A stretch of DNA of 64,000 bases. Origin: Gallionellaceae bacterium (lineage in GTDB: Bacteria > Pseudomonadota > Gammaproteobacteria > Burkholderiales > Gallionellaceae). Each line of letters starts with the position of its first letter. Position 1 is the first letter of the stretch. Shown piece after piece: positions 41,977 to 51,137 of this stretch. The translations under genes and the position numbers were made by a program. The stretch spans positions 9,690-73,689 of the forward strand of contig VBWD01000001.1 of the NCBI GenBank assembly GCA_006218055.1. The letters run 5' to 3'. A model generated the notes under the pieces. That model saw only the letters and a program-made list of their open reading frames with translations. It had not been told where the DNA came from and did no database searches.

Positions 41977-44460
41977 ATGTCAGCACTCAATAAAATTCGC
42001 TTAGTCTCGTCACGTAATGGTGATGATCCCTCTGAATCCGAGGCTATCCTCGAATCACGTGCACGCATCGAAGCCGAGATCGATGCTCAGCTCGCAGCGC
42101 AGGCGCGCACTCGTGCCGATGCGCATGCCAGAGCCATCGCTCAGGGCAAGGCTCAGCGCGAAGATGAACTTACGGTGCAGATCGAATCGCGAAATCGCAC
42201 CGAAGAGAAGATCGTGGAGGAAGTCCACTCTAGGCTCGAACTGGAGCGAGAATTGACGTTGGCGGCTCAAGCCAAGCTTAAAGTTGAAGCTCAACTTTCT
42301 GAAGAAACAAGACAAAGGCTGGAAGCTGAGAGACAAGCCCAGTTGGAATTGGAATTGAAGCTTGAAGGCGAGAGAAAGTTGCGTGACGAATTGCAGCGTC
42401 GTGCAGAGGCTGATCATGCTGCAGCTATCGCAGCTCAGGAAAAAGCCCATGTGGAAGAATTATTGAGCAACAAGGCCCAAGAAAAGCTGAAGCACGAAAA
42501 AGAAGCTGTGGCGCTCGTCAATGCGAAATTATCCGCAGAAGTATCGGCACAAGAAGCGATGCTAGCCCGTACGCGCACTGAATCAATGGCGTTGGCTGAG
42601 GTGCAAGCACGTATTGCCGCTGAGCTGGGTGCAGAACGCGCAGCAATGGCGCGCGCAAAAGAAGAACAAGGTCTGACTGAGAGCATAGAGCAACGTGCGC
42701 TCATTGAACGTCAAGCCCAGGTTGAAACGTCGGCACGATTGGCTGCCGAAGTGAAAGCCGCAGCATTGGCAAAAGACTTCGCAGCAAAAGAGCAAGAACA
42801 GCGTATAGCAGCACAACGGAAGTTGCAGGCCGATCAAGAGGCGCTTCAATTGTTGGAGGAGCGAGTCAATACAGAGCAACTAGCTGCTAAAGAACGGGAG
42901 GAAGCAAACATCTTGCTCGCCAAAGCCGAGGCGGAAGCCAAGAACCTGTTGGTGGCTGAGACACAGGCAAAACGTGCGGCAGCGGCAAGTTTTCAGGCGG
43001 GAAGTGAGCTGGTAGTACAGGCGCAACAGCGTGCAGAGGCAGAGATGATCGCCGCCAGAGCGGTCGAGTTGCAACTGGCTGCCGAGCAAGAGGCGATTAT
43101 CAATGCGACGCATCGCATGGAGATGGCGAATCGAGCCAAAGAGTTGGCCGATGAGAAATCAGCATTGGAAGCGCGCCTCTACAATGAAGAACAACAACGG
43201 GCGAGCAATGACAAACAGGCGGTGTTGGCGTTTCAGCAAAAGCTCGATGCGATAAACGGCCTACTAGCTGCATCCGAACAAAGAATGCAACTGTCCATCA
43301 GCGAATGTGAAGCGACAGAAGCCAGATTGGCTGCAGAGCAAGAGGAGCAATCCGCTATTTTGCAAAACATCGCGGCAGAACACCAAGTCGCGGAGTTATC
43401 TCTGCAGCGTGCGGCACTGGAGACTGAGGCTGAAAGTATCACGCAGCAAAAGATCGCTTTAGAGCAGCATGCAATCGAAGCCATCACATTGCGCATGGAT
43501 ACAGAGTTACGCGCCATCGAGGCGAATAACGAATGCATCGAATTAGAGGTGCGAGCTCAGGAGATCGCCTCCGCCAGAATCATTCAAGAAGAGGCATTAG
43601 CCACTGCGGCCAAAGAAAAAGAAGAGATCACCTTGCGTGCCATGAATATGGTCAAGCTTGAGGTAGAGACCTTGCAAAAGGCGATTAAAGCGGAAGAAGA
43701 GGCTTTGCAACAAAATGCCAGGGCAGCGGTAATGGCTAGGAAACGCATCTCAGCAGCAGATGAGGTAAAACGCATCGAGGCTCAGAATGAGATGCAAGAG
43801 ATAGCCTTGATCGAGCAGGATCAGCGCAATCAAGAGATTGCGCTAGCACACGCCCAGTTATTGGCTAGAGAGCTTGAGGCGAAAGAGCTGGCCAATGTCG
43901 AGCTGTTACAGCATAACAAGCTCGTTCAGGCACGCATCGATGCACTGCATCAAGAATGTCTAGACGCGGAGCGATCGGTCGAAGCTGAGGCTGAAATGCG
44001 TTCAGAGGCAGAAAGGCAAGCGGCAGAACTGGCACGCCAACGCGCACTGTCGGAACGACTTGCTCGAAAAGCAGCAGAAGAAAAGTTGCAATTGCAGGAA
44101 AAATTGAAAGCCACTGCTATGTCTCGCGCTGCGCTTGATTTCAAGAAGAGCGATGCGATGCGTTTCGAGTTAAATAAGAGCAATGCAGCTTTCGAGACGG
44201 AGAAGCTCTTGAGCAGATTGCGCAAGAGCGCCCTTATCAGCAAGCTATCTCAAGCTGCTCTGATGGCAACGTTGGTTATTACGGCGGGACTTTGGATAGC
44301 CACCCCGCAATTTGCAACGATAGTGCCAATTCAGGCAGGTTCTATTGCCACTGTGATTCAAGCACCAGCACAAGATGAACGCATCGAAGTGAATGGGATG
44401 AAGATGAGCACCGAACTGACCATGCCTGAAAAGGTCGCGCTTAATACCGTCACCCAATAG
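41977..44460 (+). CDS. Long 14-residue-repeat coiled-coil protein with C-terminal TM anchor
   Basis: 827 aa, SD GAGG; proline-free from residue 19 to the TM; TM AALMATLVITAGLWIA near the C-terminus. Confidence 0.85.
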   Translation: MSALNKIRLVSSRNGDDPSESEAILESRARIEAEIDAQLAAQARTRADAHARAIAQGKAQREDELTVQIESRNRTEEKIVEEVHSRLELERELTLAAQAKLKVEAQLSEETRQRLEAERQAQLELELKLEGERKLRDELQRRAEADHAAAIAAQEKAHVEELLSNKAQEKLKHEKEAVALVNAKLSAEVSAQEAMLARTRTESMALAEVQARIAAELGAERAAMARAKEEQGLTESIEQRALIERQAQVETSARLAAEVKAAALAKDFAAKEQEQRIAAQRKLQADQEALQLLEERVNTEQLAAKEREEANILLAKAEAEAKNLLVAETQAKRAAAASFQAGSELVVQAQQRAEAEMIAARAVELQLAAEQEAIINATHRMEMANRAKELADEKSALEARLYNEEQQRASNDKQAVLAFQQKLDAINGLLAASEQRMQLSISECEATEARLAAEQEEQSAILQNIAAEHQVAELSLQRAALETEAESITQQKIALEQHAIEAITLRMDTELRAIEANNECIELEVRAQEIASARIIQEEALATAAKEKEEITLRAMNMVKLEVETLQKAIKAEEEALQQNARAAVMARKRISAADEVKRIEAQNEMQEIALIEQDQRNQEIALAHAQLLARELEAKELANVELLQHNKLVQARIDALHQECLDAERSVEAEAEMRSEAERQAAELARQRALSERLARKAAEEKLQLQEKLKATAMSRAALDFKKSDAMRFELNKSNAAFETEKLLSRLRKSALISKLSQAALMATLVITAGLWIATPQFATIVPIQAGSIATVIQAPAQDERIEVNGMKMSTELTMPEKVALNTVTQ

Positions 44461-44475
44461 GTATATTGCTTAGGA

Positions 44476-44513
44476 AAATAAAAAGCGGTGGGACATCCCA
44501 CCGCTTTTTATTT
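44476..44513. terminator. Bidirectional intrinsic terminator
   Basis: AAAAAGCGGTGGGA-CA-TCCCACCGCTTTTT between convergent genes. Confidence 0.9.
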
Positions 44514-44524
44514 GGAGGTAAGGC

Positions 44525-44983
44525 TTAGTGTGTGACGCGAGTCACGCCGCCGCTCTCGATGATTCGAACTGTGTCGCCGACTTTGAATTCCGCATCATTG
44601 ACTGATTTGGCTTGCACGATAGAGATGTGGCTGCCATCTTCCATCTTGATGCCGAACTCGAGGCCACTCTCGCGTGTATAGGCTTCCTCCGCCGCCGCAC
44701 CGACCATGCCGCCGACCACTGCACCTAACACGCTTGCTACTTCGCCAGCTTTACCGCTGGCAGCACCGCTACCAGCGATACCGCCAGCGATGGTACCTGC
44801 TGCCGTACCGACTTGGCTTTGTGTACCTTCGATACGCACCACATTGATCTGCTCGATCACGCCGACCTTGTAGGTCTGGATCTGGCGCACTTGGTCACGG
44901 GTATAGACATCGCCCGATTTGCCTGTGGCGCAAGCGCTTAGTAGGACGATCGCGGAAAGGGATAAGATAAGTTTTGTGTTCAT
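44525..44983 (-). CDS. SlyB-like glycine-zipper 2TM outer-membrane lipoprotein
   Basis: Lipobox LSAC, glycine zipper [14 protein letters not shown]...[19 protein letters not shown]. Confidence 0.85.
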   Translation of the reverse strand: MNTKLILSLSAIVLLSACATGKSGDVYTRDQVRQIQTYKVGVIEQINVVRIEGTQSQVGTAAGTIAGGIAGSGAASGKAGEVASVLGAVVGGMVGAAAEEAYTRESGLEFGIKMEDGSHISIVQAKSVNDAEFKVGDTVRIIESGGVTRVTH

Positions 44984-47226
44984 GTTCGTGCTCCTTGTGT
45001 TTGTTCGCCGATATCGGACGCGGGTTCGACCTCCGTTGGTGCTTTCGGTTCATTCTTTCTGTAGCCAGGACGCCATTGTTTGAGCAACAACGCGTTGCTC
45101 ACCACGGAAAGCGAGCTCATCGCCATCGCGCCACCCGCGATGATAGGGTTGAGCAAGCCCATCGCCGCCAGTGGGATGCCCAATACGTTGTAAGCAAAAG
45201 CAAAGAACAGGTTCTGGCGTATCTTGCTCAACGTCACGCGCGATAGGTCGATGGCATCCGCCACGCTGGAAAGATCGTTGCGCATCAGCGTGATGTCAGC
45301 CGCTTCGATAGCGATGTCACTACCACTCTTCATGGCAAAGCTCACATCGGCCGCAGCCAAAGCAGGTGCATCGTTGATGCCGTCACCCACCATGCCGACG
45401 ATTTGGTTCTTCGCTTTGAACGAGTTCACATAGCGGGCTTTGTCTTGCGGCAACACTTCGGCCTGATACTCGTCGATACCGGCTTGTTGGGCTACGGCAC
45501 GGGCTGTCGCATCATTGTCGCCACTTAACATCACCACGCGTATCCCCATCTCACGCAGGCGTGCTACCGCGACGATGCTGGTTGGGCGCAGTTGGTCTGC
45601 GAAAGCGATCAAACCGAGCAGAACGTTGTTGTGGGCTACCGCGATGACCGACCGACCTTGCTGCTGCAATACCGAGATGGAGGGTTCATCCAACTGCACG
45701 CCTTGCTCGGCTACAAAAGTCGGTGAGCCCATCACGTAGTTATCGCCGTCCATCGTAGCGCGCAGACCTTTACCCGGTGTCTCGTTGAAATCATTGATAG
45801 GGCGGGGTGTCACATCTTGAGTCTGCGCATAATCTTGCAACGCGACAGACAAAGGATGAGTGGAATGTTGGCCTAGGCTGGTCGCGATGCGCAGTAACTC
45901 ACCTACACCGCTTGAAGCGCTTGGACGTACCTCGGCGACTGTGGGCTTGCCTTCGGTCAGCGTTCCCGTCTTATCCAATACCAGCACAGAAAGCTTGTGC
46001 GCACGCTCAAGCGCCGAAGCATCTTTGACCAAGATGCCGTTGTTCGCTGCCAAGCCACTGGCGACCACGATGGTGATAGGCGTCGCAAGGCCGAGTGCGC
46101 AAGGACAGGCGATGACCAATACCGACACGGCATTGATGAGTGCGTAGGAGAAGTCGCCTTCAAAATTCAACCAATAGATGAATGTTGCCGCCGCCAGCAG
46201 TAATACGGCTGGGACGAAGATGGCGGAGATCTTGTCAGCCATGCGTTGGATGGCTGCTTTTGAACCTTGCGCTTGTTCAACCAAACGGATCACGGCGGCC
46301 AACTGGGTTCGGCTACCGACCGCGATAGCGCGGCACTTGAGCATGCCTTGTTGGTTCACCGTAGCGGCATACACCTTGTCATTCACCGACTTTGCTTGTG
46401 GCAGGCTCTCGCCCGTCAACATGCTTTCGTTCAGGCTGGATGCCCCTTCCAATACCACACCATCCACGGGAACACTCTCGCCGGGACGCACGATGAAGAT
46501 GTCGTCTGGACGGAACTGGCCGACTGGAACGTCGATCACCTCGCCATCACGTTCTACGTGGGCGATCTTGGGTTGCAGATGGAACAGGGCTTCGAGCGCG
46601 GATGTCGCCTTTTGTTTGGCTCCTGCTTCCAATAGTTTGCCAAGGAGCACCAAGGTGATGAGTGTTGCACCTGCCTCGAAATACACCGGTTGGTGGATGC
46701 CAAGCACCATGATGAAGAAGCTAAGGAAGTAGGCCGCGCTGGTGCCTAGTGCGACCAACAGATCCATGTTGCCGCTACCGTGTTTCAAGCTCCCCCAAGC
46801 GCCGCGATAGAAACGCATACCCGCCCAGAACTGTACAGGCGTCGCCAACAACCATTGCAACCATGTCGGGATGTTGAAGTGGATGTCGAACAACATCAGG
46901 AACATCTCAAGCAGCATCGGCGTGATGAGCGCCAAGGCAATCAAGAACTCCATCTTCTCTTTGCGGAATATCTCGGCACGTTCGGTTTTTTCAGCAGCGA
47001 AGTCACGCGCCACATGCGCGTCGAATCCGGTATCGGCTACAGCTTTGATGAGCTCTTCGACGTTGGTCAGCGTGGGGTCGAAAGTGACACTGGCTTTTTC
47101 AGTAGCCAGGTTCACCACCGCATTGACCTGTGGCAGTTGGTTCAGGGACTTTTCCAGACGTGCGGAGCAAGAGGCGCAACGCATGCCGACGATCTGGAGT
47201 TCTGCGTGTTGTTCGGTATCAGTCAT
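44980..47226 (-). CDS. copA: Cu(+)-type P1B heavy-metal ATPase
   Basis: [37 protein letters not shown] and MAMSS. Confidence 0.88.
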   Translation of the reverse strand: MTDTEQHAELQIVGMRCASCSARLEKSLNQLPQVNAVVNLATEKASVTFDPTLTNVEELIKAVADTGFDAHVARDFAAEKTERAEIFRKEKMEFLIALALITPMLLEMFLMLFDIHFNIPTWLQWLLATPVQFWAGMRFYRGAWGSLKHGSGNMDLLVALGTSAAYFLSFFIMVLGIHQPVYFEAGATLITLVLLGKLLEAGAKQKATSALEALFHLQPKIAHVERDGEVIDVPVGQFRPDDIFIVRPGESVPVDGVVLEGASSLNESMLTGESLPQAKSVNDKVYAATVNQQGMLKCRAIAVGSRTQLAAVIRLVEQAQGSKAAIQRMADKISAIFVPAVLLLAAATFIYWLNFEGDFSYALINAVSVLVIACPCALGLATPITIVVASGLAANNGILVKDASALERAHKLSVLVLDKTGTLTEGKPTVAEVRPSASSGVGELLRIATSLGQHSTHPLSVALQDYAQTQDVTPRPINDFNETPGKGLRATMDGDNYVMGSPTFVAEQGVQLDEPSISVLQQQGRSVIAVAHNNVLLGLIAFADQLRPTSIVAVARLREMGIRVVMLSGDNDATARAVAQQAGIDEYQAEVLPQDKARYVNSFKAKNQIVGMVGDGINDAPALAAADVSFAMKSGSDIAIEAADITLMRNDLSSVADAIDLSRVTLSKIRQNLFFAFAYNVLGIPLAAMGLLNPIIAGGAMAMSSLSVVSNALLLKQWRPGYRKNEPKAPTEVEPASDIGEQTQGART

Positions 47227-47268
47227 AGTGGGGTGAATTTACCAGAATTCAACGGGAAACTCTTCAAC

Positions 47269-47306
47269 AAAAAGGCGGATGTGGCCACCTCAGCCACATC
47301 CGCCTT
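47269..47306 (-). terminator. Intrinsic terminator downstream of the DUF3365 gene
   Basis: AAGGCGGATGTGGC...GCCACATCCGCCTT stem with A5 on the + strand. Confidence 0.7.
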
Positions 47307-47324
47307 ATGGTGTTTGCTGCGTTC

Positions 47325-47900
47325 TTACAGTTTACGTTGGATGCTCAAACCACCACGCAATTGGCCAGGGGCATAGCCTGTGGCTTGGTCATGCGGATAT
47401 TCAACAGCAAGGCTGGCTTTGACAGCTTCTGAAATCTCCTCTGACTTGCCGTGGCAACTCACGCAACCGGGCTGTAACACGATGCCCTTCATGTAGCGGA
47501 AGGTCTTGCCATCAGCACCTTTGACGATCTCGGCGACTTCCAAGGTCTCAGGCTTTTCGCCTTTGGCCAAACGAGCTTCCATTTTTTTTAAGGCTTTTTG
47601 TTCCCATTCATCGGTCGTACCTAGCATCGGATTACGTACCTTCATGCTGACTCGTGTCACCTTCCAACCCTTTTGGCGGGATAACTCACTTGCCATCTTG
47701 GGGGCGATGTCCTTGCAGACTTTGACTGCCGACTCAGGTCCGCCTTCTTGCACGGCTTTCTTATTTTCCTCGGCCAAGGCTTTCATAAAAGGCATAGCCG
47801 CTGCGCGCGTCCCGTCTTTGAGTGAGTCGATATTGTTGACTGCGAAGGCGGTCGTGGCGCTGAATGCGAGCAATGTAGCAAAGATGATTCTTGTTTTCAT
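47325..47900 (-). CDS. DUF3365 (Tll0287-like) periplasmic c-type heme protein
   Basis: Signal peptide, AVKVC, RVSMKVRNP, FRYMKGI...CVSCHG, YPHDQATGY...LRGG. Confidence 0.85.
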   Translation of the reverse strand: MKTRIIFATLLAFSATTAFAVNNIDSLKDGTRAAAMPFMKALAEENKKAVQEGGPESAVKVCKDIAPKMASELSRQKGWKVTRVSMKVRNPMLGTTDEWEQKALKKMEARLAKGEKPETLEVAEIVKGADGKTFRYMKGIVLQPGCVSCHGKSEEISEAVKASLAVEYPHDQATGYAPGQLRGGLSIQRKL

Positions 47901-47916
47901 AATGTTCTCCTGAATG

Positions 47917-47941
47917 AAAAACGCCCGAACGAGTCGGGCGT
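47917..47941 (-). terminator. Intrinsic terminator downstream of the DUF2892 gene
   Basis: AAAAACGCCCGA-ACGAG-TCGGGCGT. Confidence 0.65.
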
Positions 47942-47959
47942 AATTGAAAGACTAATAGA

Positions 47960-48157
47960 TTACTTCTTTGTTTCCATCGGGCAGGTGTTGATACCTAGCA
48001 ACTGATAAGGGAGGCAGAACTTGAAAATGCCAGTGAGTAAAGGTACAACGCCGATCCAGCCCCATATGCCGATGACATCAGCCAAAGTCATGCCTATCAA
48101 GGCTAGGCCAACTACGATGCGTGCGATTCGATCTAAACCACCTACGTTTGCCTTCAT
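47960..48157 (-). CDS. DUF2892/YgaP-like membrane protein
   Basis: MKANVGGLDRIARIVVG...WGWIGVVPLLTG...FCLPYQLLGINTC; SD AAGGAG. Confidence 0.9.
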   Translation of the reverse strand: MKANVGGLDRIARIVVGLALIGMTLADVIGIWGWIGVVPLLTGIFKFCLPYQLLGINTCPMETKK

Positions 48158-48220
48158 GGCGTGCTCCTTGAGTAATTGATAAAACGGGAGCGCATGGTAA
48201 GTCTGAACAAGGCAAGGGTC

Positions 48221-48236
48221 TGTGAGAAAAATCACA
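48221..48236. promoter_or_regulatory. CRP/FNR-family binding site
   Basis: TGTGA-GAAAAA-TCACA, perfect TGTGA-N6-TCACA in a divergent intergenic region. Confidence 0.7.
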
Positions 48237-48310
48237 TAGGTCGTTCTTGACCTTGAGTTGCCCAGGGTTTCCTGTTTCAATCCCGCATCCTTTAAATCGC
48301 AGGAAAAGAC

Positions 48311-49186
48311 ATGGCGCAGGCAAGCATCGGCATCATCGGGGGCAGCGGTGTCTACGACATCGCTGGGTTGGAGAACAAGCGTTGGGAGAAAGTGGAGTCA
48401 TCTTTCGGTGAACCGTCCGACGAATTACTGTTCGGTGAACTCAATGGCGTGAAACTCGCCTTCCTTCCGCGCCATGGCAGAGGCCATAAGATACCGCCGT
48501 CTGAAATCAACTTCCGCGCCAACATCGATGTGCTGAAACGGGTAGGCGTGACCGATGTCATTTCGGTCAGTGCGGTCGGTTCTCTGCGTGAACATCTGAA
48601 GCCCGGCACCTTCGTCATCGTCGATCAGTTCATCGACCGCACCTTCGCTCGCAACAAATCCTTCTTCGGTACAGGCTTGGTGGCGCATGTCTCCATGGCG
48701 CACCCAGTATGTCGTCGTTTGGGCGACCACATCGAAGCAGCAGCGAAAGAAGCGGGTATCAATGCCTTGCGCGGCGGCACCTATCTGGTGATGGAAGGGC
48801 CGCAGTTTTCCAGCCTCGCCGAATCCGAGCTGTATCGCCAATGGGGCTGTGATGTGATTGGTATGACCAACATGCCCGAAGCCAAGCTCGCTCGTGAGGC
48901 CGAACTTTGCTACGCCACCGTGGCGATGGTCACCGACTACGACTGCTGGCATCCCGACCACGACCATGTGACAGTGGATCAGATCATCAAAGTATTGTTG
49001 GAGAATGCGGACAAAGCCAAGACGCTGGTGAAGCAGGTCGTGCCACGTGTTGGTGCTGATGCCAAAGCTTGTGACTGTGGTTGCCGTAGTGCGCTGCAAT
49101 ACGCACTCATCACCGCACCGGAAGCGCGCGATGCCGCCATGAAAGAGAAGCTACAAGCCATCGCTGGGCGTGTACTGAAAGGCTGA
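48311..49186 (+). CDS. mtnP: S-methyl-5'-thioadenosine phosphorylase
   Basis: GIIGGSG, FLPRHGRGH, SAVGSL, EGPQFS..AES, GMTNMPEAKLAREAE, TDYDCW. Confidence 0.95.
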   Translation: MAQASIGIIGGSGVYDIAGLENKRWEKVESSFGEPSDELLFGELNGVKLAFLPRHGRGHKIPPSEINFRANIDVLKRVGVTDVISVSAVGSLREHLKPGTFVIVDQFIDRTFARNKSFFGTGLVAHVSMAHPVCRRLGDHIEAAAKEAGINALRGGTYLVMEGPQFSSLAESELYRQWGCDVIGMTNMPEAKLAREAELCYATVAMVTDYDCWHPDHDHVTVDQIIKVLLENADKAKTLVKQVVPRVGADAKACDCGCRSALQYALITAPEARDAAMKEKLQAIAGRVLKG

Positions 49187-49187
49187 C

Positions 49188-49826
49188 ATGAACGAACAAC
49201 AATCATGTGAACAACTGCTAGCCACCTCGCGCCGCATGGTCGAACTCGGCCTCAATCGCGGCACGGCGGGTAATGCCTCGGTGCGACTTGGCGATGGCAT
49301 GCTCATCACGCCCTCTGCGCTACCTGTCTCTGAGATGACGACAGACAGCATGGTGCGCATGGACTTGGAGGGTAAGGTGCTGCAAGGCGGCAAACCTTCC
49401 AGCGAGTGGCGCTTCCATCGCGACATCTTCGTAGCGCGCCCTGAGATCGACGCAGTCCTCCACATGCATTCCACCTTTGCCACCACCATCGCCTGTCTGG
49501 GTAAAGATGTACCTGCTGTGCATTACCACATCGCCATCGCAGGCGGCGACAGCATCCGTTGCACCCCTTACACCATCTTCGGTGAACAGAATCTCTCCGA
49601 CCTAGCACTGGAAGCGCTGCATGATCGTAAAGCTTGCCTGCTAGGTAACCACGGCATAATCGCCTTGGGTAAAGACTTGGCTGATGCATTGTCCGTTGCA
49701 CAAGAAGTTGAATATCTGTGCGAGATCTACTGGCGCACCCTGCAAGCCGGTACGCCACAGATACTCAGCGCGCAGCAGATGCACGCCGTCAAAGAAAAAT
49801 TCGTCGAATACAAGAAACGCGGATAA
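49188..49826 (+). CDS. Class II aldolase (FucA/Ald2-like)
   Basis: GTAGNAS, ITPS, KPSSEWRFH, HMHS, NHG zinc ligands. Confidence 0.88.
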   Translation: MNEQQSCEQLLATSRRMVELGLNRGTAGNASVRLGDGMLITPSALPVSEMTTDSMVRMDLEGKVLQGGKPSSEWRFHRDIFVARPEIDAVLHMHSTFATTIACLGKDVPAVHYHIAIAGGDSIRCTPYTIFGEQNLSDLALEALHDRKACLLGNHGIIALGKDLADALSVAQEVEYLCEIYWRTLQAGTPQILSAQQMHAVKEKFVEYKKRG

Positions 49827-49862
49827 ACCGTCATTTCGGCAATTAACCAACTTGCCAAACAA

Positions 49863-49877
49863 TAACCAACTAGGTTA
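49863..49877. promoter_or_regulatory. MqsA operator-like palindrome
   Basis: TAACCA-ACT-AGGTTA just upstream of mqsR, similar to the E. coli TAACCT-N3-AGGTTA box. Confidence 0.7.
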
Positions 49878-49888
49878 ATATAAAATCC

Positions 49889-50185
49889 ATGGAAAAAAGC
49901 ACGCCTCATTGCAAGTTGGTAGTCGTCAAAACCATGATTGAAGCAGGTAAGGTGCGCTCGACTATTTCTGCCCTATCGGGTGGCGCGGCGCTGGGTTTGG
50001 ATTTTGCAGGCATCGTGGCAACGGTGATGTCGCTGACCACAAAAGATTTCTACAAAAGTATGACGACTCACGCCGACCATAAAGTGTGGCAAGACGTGTA
50101 CCGCACAAGCACCCAAGTAGGTGAAGTTTATTTGAAGCTTACGGTTATTGATGACGTGATCATCGTGTCTTTCAAGGAGTTATGA
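49889..50185 (+). CDS. mqsR: MqsR-family mRNA interferase toxin
   Basis: MEKSTPH, DFYKSMTTHADHKVWQDVYR, VYLKLTV, IVSFKEL. Confidence 0.93.
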   Translation: MEKSTPHCKLVVVKTMIEAGKVRSTISALSGGAALGLDFAGIVATVMSLTTKDFYKSMTTHADHKVWQDVYRTSTQVGEVYLKLTVIDDVIIVSFKEL

Positions 50186-50589
50186 ATATGAAATGTCCAA
50201 CCTGCTCGAAAGCCAATTTAGTAAGGGATGCACGTGATATGCCTTATGCCTACAAAGGCGAATCGACGATGATTCCTGCCGTGCAAGGAGATTATTGCCC
50301 AGCCTGCGGCGAAGTGGTTCTTGATGCGAACGAATCAACGCGTACCAGTGCGCTGATGCTGGAATTCAATAAGCAAGTGAATGCGTCTATCGTTGATCCG
50401 GGATTCATCGCGAGTGTTCGCAAAAAATTAGCGCTAGACCAACGCGAAGCATCGGAAATATTTGGCGGTGGCGTGAATGCGTTTTCCCGCTACGAAAATG
50501 GCAAAACCAAACCTTCGCTGGCGCTAGTTAAGCTGCTTAAAGTGCTAGATCGACATCCGGATTTATTGGATGAAGTTAAGGCCGCATAA
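50182..50589 (+). CDS. mqsA: MqsA-family antitoxin
   Basis: CPTC...CPACGE zinc ribbon, [25 protein letters not shown]. Confidence 0.95.
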   Translation: MNMKCPTCSKANLVRDARDMPYAYKGESTMIPAVQGDYCPACGEVVLDANESTRTSALMLEFNKQVNASIVDPGFIASVRKKLALDQREASEIFGGGVNAFSRYENGKTKPSLALVKLLKVLDRHPDLLDEVKAA

Positions 50590-50609
50590 CTTTCAATATT
50601 CAAAATCCC

Positions 50610-51137
50610 ATGCCCATCAAATCCAAAATACGAACCGTCCCCCATTACCCCAAACAAGGTATCCAGTTTCGCGACATCACCACCTTGCTCAAAGACCCAG
50701 AGGGATTTCGCGCCACGGTGGATGAACTGGTGCTGCGTTACAAAGATGTGAAGATAGACAAGATCGCCGGCATCGAATCGCGCGGCTTCATCCTTGGTGC
50801 GCCGCTGGCGTATGCCTTGGGTAAAGGTTTCGTGCCTATCCGCAAGAAAGGCAAACTGCCCACCGAGACCATCGGCCACGACTACGCTCTCGAATACGGC
50901 ACCGACCGCATCGAGATACACACCGATGCCATCCAGAAAGGTGAGAAGGTGTTGCTGGTGGACGACCTCATCGCTACCGGCGGCACAGCCGAAGCCGCCT
51001 GTATCCTCATCGAAAAGATGGGAGGCCATATTGTTGAATGCTGCTTCATCATCGACTTGCCGGATATTGGTGGTCGTGCGCGGCTGGAGAAGCTTGGGCA
51101 GAAGGTGTTTGCCTTGTGCGAGTTCGAGGGGGACTAA
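50610..51137 (+). CDS. apt: Adenine phosphoribosyltransferase
   Basis: [40 protein letters not shown]. Confidence 0.97.
   Translation: MPIKSKIRTVPHYPKQGIQFRDITTLLKDPEGFRATVDELVLRYKDVKIDKIAGIESRGFILGAPLAYALGKGFVPIRKKGKLPTETIGHDYALEYGTDRIEIHTDAIQKGEKVLLVDDLIATGGTAEAACILIEKMGGHIVECCFIIDLPDIGGRARLEKLGQKVFALCEFEGD

Noticed and set aside
41800-48200. Genomic island integrated at guaA
   Set aside because: No integrase and no second att repeat seen; downstream genes look native
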